DNA of 62,864 nucleotides, filler included, from Rhabdomonas costata (Eukaryota), in assembly GCA_019059605.1 (NCBI GenBank). It is 51 parts of 51 records of this genome, joined end to end, with 100 filler letters (N's around TTAATTAATTAA, not from the genome) between each part and the next. Parts side by side here need not be neighbours in the genome. Positions count along the whole stretch, not along the records: positions 25,916 to 27,049 come from JAHMHO010026885.1; positions 27,150 to 28,285 come from JAHMHO010026886.1; positions 28,386 to 29,520 come from JAHMHO010026887.1; positions 29,621 to 30,755 come from JAHMHO010026888.1; positions 30,856 to 31,991 come from JAHMHO010026889.1; positions 32,092 to 33,226 come from JAHMHO010026890.1; positions 33,327 to 34,461 come from JAHMHO010026891.1; positions 34,562 to 35,696 come from JAHMHO010026892.1; 43 more parts are not named here. One strand, given 5' to 3'. Of the stretch, positions 26,372 through 36,789 are shown piece after piece. A program made the translations under genes and the position numbers. Under the pieces are notes generated by a model. It was not told the origin of the DNA and searched no databases. It was given only the letters and a program-made list of their open reading frames with translations. The first letter of the stretch is position 1; every line of letters starts with the position of its first letter.

Positions 26372-27049
26372 GTGAGTGGTTCTGATTTATACGAGAAGCC
26401 GTGCTTGCATCGGGGCAAGGAGCACGGGAGATGCAGACGCAAGGCCTGCCATAAGCTCATTCCTATTCAATCAGGACAGCTAGATACAAAGATAGCTAGG
26501 TACAAAGCTACCCCCCACAAGATAGCTCAGCTATTGTACTTCTGGGCAAGGGATACCCACCATTCTGACACTCTGCTGGGACTGGACAGACTGTTGCGGA
26601 ATTGGTCTGCACGTCTCAGGTTGTGTGTGGCCAATGGATTGGATGTAGAAAGACTATCTGTAGCAGGTCGTGGCCACATTGTAGAAGCGGATGAGACAGA
26701 GATTGGACGCAGACAAAAGGGTGTGCATGGGCACAAGACCCTTATGAAGGGGGACATATGGGGTTGTGTGGACCGTGAGACAGGTGTCCTGGTCTTGGAG
26801 GAGACAAGGTGAAAGTGGGTGACCTGCGGGAACGCCACTTCGGCCCTCCCAAGGCTGATGAGCTCACCAACTTGTGCCAACATTACATTCGCAAGGGTTC
26901 CACCTTGTACACCGATGGGGCAAGAGCCTGCGTCATCATTGCGCAGCAAATTGGGTGCAAGCATGACTATGTGGACCACAGCTCCGGACAACATGTGAAA
27001 GGTCACGTGCACACCAACACTATCGACGGATGGTGGGGCCGGCTCAAGA
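26372..27049 (+). mobile_element. Merlin/IS1595 (ISXO2-like) DDE transposase remnant, frameshifted
   Basis: IVEADETEIG, WGCVDRETG, YIRKGSTLYTDG, HDYVDHS, VHTNTIDGWWGRLK; frameshift near 26810. Confidence 0.9.
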
Positions 27050-27149
27050 NNNNNNNNNNNNNNNNNNNNNNNNNNNNNNNNNNNNNNNNNNNNTTAATTA
27101 ATTAANNNNNNNNNNNNNNNNNNNNNNNNNNNNNNNNNNNNNNNNNNNN

Positions 27150-27535
27150 ATTGTTTTGTTGAGACGCTCGAGAGGCGGCTGTGCGCCCAATCCTGGGACT
27201 ATAATGTTGTTTGGAGGTTGGAGCAGCTGAAGATGTCAGAAGGAAACTTTCAGTTTTACCATCAGCAGTTTGTGACTGGGATGAATTTGCTGAAGGGAGC
27301 GATGTTTGAGAGCGAGACCTTATTGCAGTACCTGTTTGTAAGAGGCTTGGAAGGGGACATCCAGGCGAAAGTGATGGCGAAGAATCCGAGGAGCCTGAAC
27401 GAGGCCATGGAAAAGGTCTGGGAGTATTTCCTCAAGCCGAGACCCACTCCACAGGTAATCGTTGCTGTACCAGAGGGTGCAGTTCAGAGAAGCATAGCGA
27501 CGGGTGGCACGGCAATGGATTTAGACGCCATATGA
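27150..27535 (+). mobile_element. Ty3/gypsy-type retrotransposon gag remnant
   Basis: LEQLKM...YHQQF...LFVRGLEGDIQAKVMAKNPRSLNEAM...AMDLDAI fits the gag capsid C-terminal region and the (P)MDLD motif; a stop follows. Confidence 0.75.
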
Positions 27536-28385
27536 TACGGGTACACCCCGTTTTTGGGGAGTACGGCATTTCTGACGTCGAGAGAGCGGAGTGCAGCCGG
27601 TGCCAAATCCACAGCTTCAAGAGGGGTGTCATATGTGAGCATGTTGCGGAGGAATTCGAATCTTTTTGAGATGTCGGCGTCTCCGACACTAGCCGCAACA
27701 GTGCCAGCTAGTTCAGTGATGTTTTCCACCACACCACATCATCAGTTCAACGTGGCGCGCACCCCATCTCCAGAAAGAAGGCCGAGCAAAGGCAGAGGAA
27801 TGTCGGTGTTTCGAGGTCGGGGTTACATGGGAAGAGGACGAGGTTGTTACCGATCACCGTCACCATCCCGAAGTGGAAGGCCCAGAATTTCCTGGTTCCC
27901 TAGGAGAGAAGATTTTTCGACTCGACCGTCAAGCCCAACTTCACAGGGGACTAAGAGTAGTCAGCCGTCGCCATTCGCAAGGTCAAGTTTGGAAGTCACG
28001 AAGCCGTTGGTCCCTCCAGAGTCTGTTTATATTGCGGAAGTTCTAATCATTTCTACAGAGACTGCGAGCTGGCTAAGGCATACGTGGTCCAGAGTGTGCC
28101 TAAGGGGCCGGGAGAGAATCAAAAGAGTGTGGATCAGTCAAACTAGTGGGGGCAGGAGACAGGGCCACTCCCGCCCCACCCAAGAGGCCCGCTTCAGCCA
28201 CAGTGAGGACCCCAGCCAGCGCAAGTAACGTGCAAGATCGACCAAGTGTTTCAAACACCGTTCCGCTAAGAATCTTGAAGAGACCNNNNNNNNNNNNNNN
28301 NNNNNNNNNNNNNNNNNNNNNNNNNNNNNTTAATTAATTAANNNNNNNNNNNNNNNNNNNNNNNNNNNNNNNNNNNNNNNNNNNN

Positions 28386-29520
28386 GTTGTTTGTTGTAGC
28401 ATTACCATTGTTTTTTGTTGTAATACTAGTTCCTGTATTTGGTGATGATGGAAGATATAATGTATATGAATAAATAGATGTATCACATATAATATTTGTA
28501 TCATTTTGATCTAGAATTATGTTTGATAAACTTGAACCTGTCCATTGTGTTCCGCTGTAAACATATGAATAAATAGCATTATTTACCGAAATGACTCCAT
28601 TTGTAATCGTATCGCTTCCAGATGGTGATACTGATATATTATGTGTATTTGAAGTACCTGTTTTATCAATAATAACAACACAAGAATTTTGTAGTGGAGC
28701 AGGTGGAAGAATAACTGTATATGCAGTTGCAGTATTTATTAATAAATAATTGTTATTTATAATTCCATCTGTATTTGCTGTTGTTGTATATGGTGTTGAT
28801 GTTGGAGAAAATACTTTTTTATAAATATTAACAAAAGATTTTGGTTTGTTTTTCCATTTTGAAGAAGAATAAACTAATAAATTCCCATCAGCAACAGAAG
28901 ATAAGGAAACATCAGTTGTTAAACTAGATAATGCTGTTGTATTATTAACTGTAATTAATTTATTTGTATCATCAAAAGATACACCAGAAATAGTGTATGG
29001 TGTCCATTTATTTAATGAATTGTTAGTTGTGTAAACAAGGACTTGATCATTCGATGTACTAGAAATAGAACAATCAGCTGCAGTATTTAATGCAATTGTT
29101 CCATTAATCCATTTTATAATTGGCATATACGTCATATAACCAGACATTGTACCTGAAGGAACTGTTAATAAAGTCCATGTAGTACCATTTGTTGTATATT
29201 CAACACTGGAACTATTAACATATTTTATTGTATATATATCAAAAGTGAATAAGATTCCACCTGAGGAATTGTTCATTGTTGTTATTTTAGTCCAATTTAT
29301 TAAATCTGATGAAGAATATACTGAATCAAAATTACAAGTCATAAAGAATAATCCAATATTTGCATTGTAAGTACATAACGTCATAATTGTTACTCCACTT
29401 ATTGTTACTGCACTAAAAGTAGTTCCATTATCAAAACTTTTATAAGCACCATATGATCCACGACAAAATAGCAATGTATTGCCATTACAACAGCAATTTT
29501 GAAAAGGAGAACCACCAACA
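28386..29520 (-). CDS. AT-rich intronless ORF, virus tail-fibre/adhesin-like, open at both ends
   Basis: Whole contig is one reading frame; Asp-box-like SFDNGTTF, SSSDLINW, TTNGTTW; LSSLTTDVSLSSVADGNLLVYSSSKWKN; repeated T(V/L).LP..P module. Confidence 0.7.
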
Positions 29521-29636
29521 NNNNNNNNNNNNNNNNNNNNNNNNNNNNNNNNNNNNNNNNNNNNTTAATTAATTAANNNNNNNNNNNNNNNNNNNNNNNN
29601 NNNNNNNNNNNNNNNNNNNNGTTTTTTGTTTCTCAG

Positions 29637-30066
29637 GTGTGCAGGTTTCCAAGCCGTGGTCCTCCCTTGTGCTCTGTAACAGCCACCGTGACAAGAGTGT
29701 GATTCGGCTCACGGGAATAACCCCGCAGATGGTGAACACGCCTCAGTATGGTGCCCGCCCGCAGGGCGAGGTTATTGCTGAACTGATGCAGCACTGCTTC
29801 AGCAACAAATGCAGCGCCGTGTGTGGCCATAACCTCTCCTTTGACCTCAACTTTCTTCTGCCCCACTTGGAGAAGTTTCCAGAGGAGCAGACTCGCTGTT
29901 GGAGACTGGCGCTGGACACGCGCATTTTGGCCCACAGAATTTGGCCTTTGCAGAAGAATTGTGAACTCATCGCGCTCTGCAGACACTTGAGGCTTCAGCT
30001 ACCCGCTCATCGTGTTGTGGGAGACTGCACGTCGACCGCACTAGTTCTTCAGCGACTTATTTCGGG
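29637..30066 (+). CDS. DEDDh 3'-5' exonuclease (DnaQ/epsilon-like) exon
   Basis: LTGITPQMV, CGHNLSFDLNFL (ExoII), LDTRILA, AHRVVGDC (ExoIII); acceptor TTCTCAG. Confidence 0.88.
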
Positions 30067-30872
30067 GGTTTTGTGCGCTGCCTTTTTTTTTTGCTGTGTA
30101 AACGGTTTTCTTGTTGTTTTCAGCGTAACTGTGTCTTGATTGTTGCCCAGTGCTCTCTCGGATCGCACAGGAGCAGCTTTGGTTAACCCCCCCCCCTCCC
30201 CTGGCGTTAACGGGTGGTTGGAAGAAATGTTGAGTAGGGGCCATTCAAAGGTGGAGGGCGTCAAATTTGCAAAGCGTCATTCGGCATAACATTATTATAT
30301 GGCGCGGGTCAAAAATGAGAGTTACACCTGAAATGACAATTCCGCAAAAACTGACCACGGAACCTCTAATGCGACATGTGATGACACCCGAAATGGGTGA
30401 AGAATTCCTGAAACACCCCAGAAAGCTGCGTGCGGTCAGAGAAAACCATGTCACCATGTCGCCTCCTTTTCAGTCCGCCGTTTGGGAAGTTACCTGTTCC
30501 CGACAACCATGCCAAGCATGCAGCATTCCAACAGAAATTTTACGGTAGACTTTTTCCTAGGAAATGTTATTTGCAAGGTAAATATGCCTCAGTGCATCCC
30601 AAAAGCTCTCTAATTTATGGTGGCGCTGCAAAGATACGCAAAGAAGGCCAAGAGACGCAGAGAGAGGAAGCCAAGATGACCCAAACACCTGACCCAGAGA
30701 CCCAAAGCAAGCACCAGAAGCCAAGAGAGCGAAACCGCAACCCCACACCAACCCCNNNNNNNNNNNNNNNNNNNNNNNNNNNNNNNNNNNNNNNNNNNNT
30801 TAATTAATTAANNNNNNNNNNNNNNNNNNNNNNNNNNNNNNNNNNNNNNNNNNNNTGTGCAGCAATGCCACA

Positions 30873-30923
30873 AGCACCCGTGGCCAACAGCGCGTGCGCC
30901 AGTCAGTCCCCAGTGGTCACCAC
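30873..30923 (+). repeat. Dispersed repeat family A, partial copy, between two copies of TGTGCAGCAATGCCACAA (30856, 31011)
   Basis: AGCACCCGTGGCCAACAGCGCGTGCGCCAGTCAGTCCCCAGTGGTCACCAC is identical to 56644-56694. Confidence 0.92.
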
Positions 30924-31554
30924 CAACCAGTCAACCAGTCACCCAGGCAACAGCCAGCGCGCAATGCGCCCAACACACACACGCACAGTGAGGTGAGTGG
31001 TAAGCATTGGTGTGCAGCAATGCCACAAAGAGACCGAGAGTGTGGACCTTTGAATCGAGGAGCGTTGTTGGGAAGCTAACTAGAATTGGGAGAGGGGGGT
31101 GGTCGCAGCACTCTCTCTCCCTCCTCCCCTCCGCAGGAACGCTGATGATCTTCCGACTTATCTCCATCAACTGCCAACCTTCCGTCAGCTACATCGCGTT
31201 GTCCATGACCAGTGTGTGTGCGGATTTTTTGCGTGCGCTTTCAGGACAACTATTCACACACATACACTCTATTCAAACACATACCTTCTGATCGATTTCA
31301 CCGCCTTAAGGTGCTTAGGACACCTCACCAACGCAGCTTAACGCGGTTTGATGGGCTCCTTTCCTTTTGGCCAACCTTTTGGGTCGGACCAGCCCCGTCT
31401 GCTTCTCGAGGAAGGTCTCAACGGGTGGCTCCTTGCCCGCTGACTCTCCATCTTTGCCATCGGAATTTTGTTTACTCTGTGGCTCGATGCCTCTCTTTCC
31501 TCCTCTTTGTGTTTGGAACTCTCAGACGAGCTCTTTCGCAAAATCCATGAAACA

Positions 31555-31606
31555 AACACTCACTCACTCACTCACTCATTCACTCACTCACTCACTCAAT
31601 CACTCA
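31555..31606 (+). repeat. Imperfect (CACT)n microsatellite
   Basis: About 13 CACT-like units. Confidence 0.9.
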
Positions 31607-33559
31607 TCTATGGTGGTATCCCGCATTGCCTTCGCCCTGAAAAAAAAAACAAAATAGATGCCAAGAACGCCTCCTACGCCAACTTCTTCAACAAGCAGTT
31701 CGGAGACGTCGTGGAGTACCTGGTGCGTGCATATGAGTGTGTGTTTTGTATGTGCAGTGGGCAAGCGCGCAGGTTGGAGCTACCTGAAATCGGGGCTCAA
31801 TGCGCCATTGAGGTTTCCCAAGAGCCTGCGCACCACGGCGCGCATCATCTCAAACTTTTTGTGTCATCACTCGCTGTTGTGATAAGCACGGGTTCAGGCA
31901 TTTGCCGTTGCCAGGCAGGTTGCATCTCTGAAGTGCAACTGGTGTATTGGTGATCGAGTCTCGTCCAGAGGAGTGGATTTACACAAAAAACNNNNNNNNN
32001 NNNNNNNNNNNNNNNNNNNNNNNNNNNNNNNNNNNTTAATTAATTAANNNNNNNNNNNNNNNNNNNNNNNNNNNNNNNNNNNNNNNNNNNNGTGTTGGTG
32101 GGAGCAGGTGGTGGCGGTGGTGGCTGAGGTGAAGAGGCGGCGGCAGGGACTTGCCCCGGCAGCACCTGTAGGAGGAGGGGCAACGTACAAAAAGGGGTCC
32201 CACCGGCCTATACCAGTGAAGGCACCGCTTAAACGCGTTCTCAAGGCGAGTGCTGGCACAGCTCTGGAACCAGAGCAGGATTTGCTAACGAGCACTGTTG
32301 AGCAAGTTTTCCGAGTTTTCCCATCAATTTATTCACCATTGTCTGCCACTGCGCACCCTTATCCTTCACCACAAGTGGCAGCTACGTCCCAAGTAACAAG
32401 GCGGCACGATGGGCATCTTCACATTAGTGTGCGTGTTATATAAGTGGGATGCAGCACACAGACAAAGGCTCCCAATAACGATCCCCTGCTTCGGTTGAGT
32501 CCGCAATGGCTGAGATCTGTGTAAAGCTCAAAGTCGTCAAAGGGGATTGATGATGGTCTCGACCCTTGGGCTGACGGCTGGAGCTCAAGGAAATACGAGC
32601 GACCTCCTCACTGGCCCTCCAGTGTGCACCCACCCCATCCTCAATAAGCGAGGCTTGTCCGCGTTTCCAAAGAATACAGCATTACATCGGAGTTACTCTA
32701 GGATAGCAAAATTTCTGTGAGACAGCTCATTCCAAACCTTGGTTCAGGATAACGTGTCTTGTCGCCACAAACCTTTGTGCCTTAACACCTTACCCCTAAC
32801 CCCATGTCCTTTCCGGATCATAACCTTTTCTACGATGAAGCTGCAGCCCTATCCTGACCATTGATGACATTCACACATGGTACTTTATGTAGGCAAAGCA
32901 TTTCCACACGATGCTGGCAGTTTGTCACTTACTTACCCGTTCTTGAAAACCTGTGTAATGGTCAAAAAAGGGCGAGTTAGACCTTGCACCAAGAAGAGCA
33001 AGAAGTATTCCCCGCAATCCTTTCACGGCATAGCAGAGATGGAATGAGAGGGCCAAGGTGACGCAGGGGACGATGGTTACACATCACAACCGTTTCGACT
33101 CCGATGCCTTCCACGGCTCTGCTGTGCTCCCCGCGGGGAGCGGCCTGCCGACACGCCGCCGCCGGGAGCACAGCAGAGCCGTGGAAGGCATCGGAGTCGA
33201 AACGGTTGTGATGTGTAACCACCACCNNNNNNNNNNNNNNNNNNNNNNNNNNNNNNNNNNNNNNNNNNNNTTAATTAATTAANNNNNNNNNNNNNNNNNN
33301 NNNNNNNNNNNNNNNNNNNNNNNNNNGGGTGGTTGTTGGCAGCTCCTCCATTCCCCTGCGATGGGAGGGGGAAGGAGCTGCACCCGAGAGAAAAAGAATG
33401 GAAACGGATGTTGCCTGTGTGAACTCTTGTGGTGGTGGGTGGTGATGCTGGTACCGTGATGCTCCGTGGGATGTGCGGGAGGTGTGTTGGTTTTGATGGA
33501 TTCCCTATCGGCTGTCCGTTGGGAATTTCTTCCGCCTCGGATGACGGTTAAGAGGAAAT

Positions 33560-33690
33560 ATGAGAACGGGAATGCAGTCTCTGGGTCAGGAGCCCAACCC
33601 GTGGGCAAGCCCCCGCGCTGGCGGGGCCAATTCCGTGGCGTGTGTTATCGCTGCGGCGGTGGAGGCAGAAGATGCGTTAATTCTCTGCCC
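33560..33690 (+). mobile_element. Possible degenerate gag zinc knuckle
   Basis: RGQFRGVCYRCGGGGRRC resembles a CX2CX4HX4C knuckle lacking the His. Confidence 0.3.
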
Positions 33691-34949
33691 TCTGAGGCAA
33701 TGTTCACTGTCGGTGACCAGGCGGAAGGTACTGCGCTCTCCTCCGGATGGGCCGCTCCCGTGTACTATGCGTTGGGTTCTTTGCCTCTCTTACATGGGCT
33801 ATACATCGATACAGTGAGGGGAGATGAGTACAGGCCTCCGTGTAGTTCTGCCTTTGAGGCGCAGCATCCGAGTGAACGATGCTTCAGAAAAGCAACTCCG
33901 GATATCAACCTTAGATTCATATGTGAGATGAACAGAACCACTACACCACTTCACCACGGGGAGGCTAATTTATACATAAGTGCGGAAGAGTGATTCCGTC
34001 CCATGTCACCACTGCGCGTCCTCTGACACTCAACTGCACCGCTCTAGGATATCTTGAAGGAGCGAAATGGGGAGCTGGACGACAGGCTTGCGAGCGGACA
34101 GTCGAACATTGGTTGACAATTAGATGTGCGGTATACGCGAGTGTGCAACGACCTGATGACCTCATACGATCATTACGGCCCGTTGCCTGCTTAGGGAGAG
34201 GAACCCTAGCAAAAAAGCCCTATACTGCGTGAAATCCCACCTGCGAGTCACCGCTAATAAGCAAGAAGGCTACACCTATGCCATCGAGGGGAATCCCAAC
34301 GTTGACCTTGATTGGGATCCACTCTAGTTGCCCCCAAAAAATCAGAAACGTCGCAAACTGAGCCAGAGTACACAAACAACAAAAAGGCACACCCAAGCAG
34401 CCCGAAAGCCCAAAAGTTCCGTAGGATGAGCTGCAGCTCACGCTCACAGTGCCAAAACCACNNNNNNNNNNNNNNNNNNNNNNNNNNNNNNNNNNNNNNN
34501 NNNNNTTAATTAATTAANNNNNNNNNNNNNNNNNNNNNNNNNNNNNNNNNNNNNNNNNNNNGGTTTGGTGTTTTACCGCCCGTTTTATATTATGCGCTTT
34601 CACTCTTGCTTAGATCGGAACATCCCTATTCGAACTTTCTTGTATGGTGTTTTGGTTCCTTTAGTCTTCCTTTAGTCAAGTGTGCGGCTGTCTTCAACCC
34701 CACAGTTCTGTCGTGTGCCATTGAATGTGTGTGCCAGTGGTGTACCGCAGCGAGTCGCCCTCGTGGTCTCAAAATTGAGAACTTTCTCGTTGTACGTTAA
34801 AGTGTATGATTGTTGTGGGGGTATCTCGAAAAATTGAGAAACGAACTGCTTTGAACACTATATCCGAAAGGCGGCTTTTCCGGATGGGTGGTCGTGGTTT
34901 TGAAGTTCTTGGGGTAATATTGCTCGACCGGGGGGTTGGTATTCGTGCA

Positions 34950-35696
34950 GAGTCTGCTTGGGATGCCTTAGTGGAGTTTGGCACTCATCTCTCGAATTGT
35001 GACCTCTCGAATTGGTTCGACCGAAACACCACCCCCTGCGAGGGGAAATGGGTTGGCATCTCGTGCGACGCCGATGGCCGCGTGGTGGGCTTGGACCTCT
35101 CTGGAATGGAGTGCATAGGGACTCTGGAGGAGAACGATTTCATTCTCTTGTCCTCACTGTCCTCTCTCGAAGCACTTAACCTTAGCGGGAACAGTTTTGT
35201 AGGTGTGTTGAATGTGCTGCATTTGCCGACCACGCTGCGGAATTTGTGCCTTTCTGCAAATCCGTTACTCGCGGGCAGCCTTGACCTAACTTCTCTTCCT
35301 CCTCAGCTGGAGACCCTCGACCTTAGCCGGTGCAAGGTTTTTGGGTCTCTGAATCTCAGTGATCTTCCCGTCTCGCTGCGCACCCTTAACCTTTCTTCAA
35401 ACATGTTCTCCGGGACCACCGTCTTCTCCCAGCTTCCTCGAGGCCTGCAAACCCTCGATCTTAGTTACAACGCACTTCAGGGGAATATCTCGCTTGATGA
35501 GCTGCCAACTTCGCTCAGCTTTGCCGATTTGTCTTTCAACTTCCTGTCGTGGGGCCTGGGCCAAGGTGCCGGTGGGTTATGCTTGATGTACCTCGACCTG
35601 AGCGGGAACTCTTGCAAGCAGGACTGTAACATAAGCAGTTTCCCTTCGTCCCTTCAGGTGCTTCGGCTTTCAAGCTGTAGTTTAAAGGGACAGCTG
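34950..35696 (+). CDS. Leucine-rich repeat protein with plant-type LRR N-cap, 3' partial
   Basis: LSNW...PCEGKWVGISCDADGRVVGLDLS cap followed by about 8 LPxxLxxLxLSxNxxxG repeats; start uncertain (ORF open from 34806). Confidence 0.92.
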
Positions 35697-36518
35697 NNNN
35701 NNNNNNNNNNNNNNNNNNNNNNNNNNNNNNNNNNNNNNNNTTAATTAATTAANNNNNNNNNNNNNNNNNNNNNNNNNNNNNNNNNNNNNNNNNNNNTTTT
35801 TGGGTGCAACGCCGTTTTGCGGGCCTTTTGCTGGTGAACGTGGTCACCTTCGGGCAGCACCTACAGTGTGTCCAAATGTGGCGTTTGTTTGTTGTGAGCA
35901 CATATTTTTTGAGTAATTGCATTCTGTTTTGTGGTGTATTATAGAGTATTGTATGTTGTGCTGTGATTTATTTTGCTGTTTTGGAGGCGGAGGGATTGCT
36001 GAAAACATACAGCATAAAATACTCAGCGACAGTTGGATAGGAACGCTAAGAATGTGTTAGCATCTCAATCTGTAAGGTCTGTGCGCACTAATCTGGCAGA
36101 AAAGGAGGGAGATCTCTCTGGGACATGGAAGGGACAGGCTCAAGCTGACGAACGACGATAAAATGAACACTTAACCGCAATCACGGTTTGATTGCACGAA
36201 CGAATGTTGCAGAAGAGAGAAGAAAAGGAGGAAAGATAACAGTGACGCCAACAGCGCCGCCGGAAAACTGGAAATGGGTGTAAAAGCAGTGTGGTGGGAT
36301 CGGGATGCAGTGTCGTCGGAGCGGGGTCCTATATAACGGACCCACTCCAAGTAGGGTAAGTGTGACCGGTTGTAAAAACCTTCCATGAAATGCGTGAATG
36401 TACATTCGGTGAGTGAAGGCGGGCAGCAGGCAACCGAGCAGGTGTGCACCGCCAGAAGACATATCTCGGACGTGACTGTACACCATGCGGGTAGGGGGGT
36501 GGTGGGTAGGGTTTCCGC

Positions 36519-36789
36519 CTAAAGGGACTTCGCGATCTCCCCCAGCCTTTGGGTGAGCTTGAGATTCTCGCGGTAGTCGATCTGTTGCACCACCATCAGG
36601 GCGGGACCTTGGCGCGCCTTGTTGTGCGCCAGGCAGCGTTCCAGAGCACCAGCCACGGCGGCGCTGTGGCGGACGACCTCCACATGCCACCCAAAGGCAC
36701 GGCCCAGCTGCACCCACTCGGGGTTGCCGAACTCCAGGCTGGTGTGCGCGCCAAACTCCGCCATCTGCTTCCACGAGATCAGTCCATAC
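36519..36789 (-). CDS. Acetolactate synthase large subunit-like TPP enzyme, last exon
   Basis: YGLISWKQ...FGNPEWVQLGRAFG...IDYRENLKLTQRLG; acceptor TTTTGCGCAG|; TAG stop. Confidence 0.88.

Noticed and set aside
25916-29520. Apparent cluster of transposase, gag and viral-like gene
   Set aside because: Three separate contigs adjacent only through concatenation; the same applies to the helicase next to the retroelement.
33074-33221. Perfect 58-bp fold-back
   Set aside because: Contig-terminal with no mismatches; probable amplification artefact.
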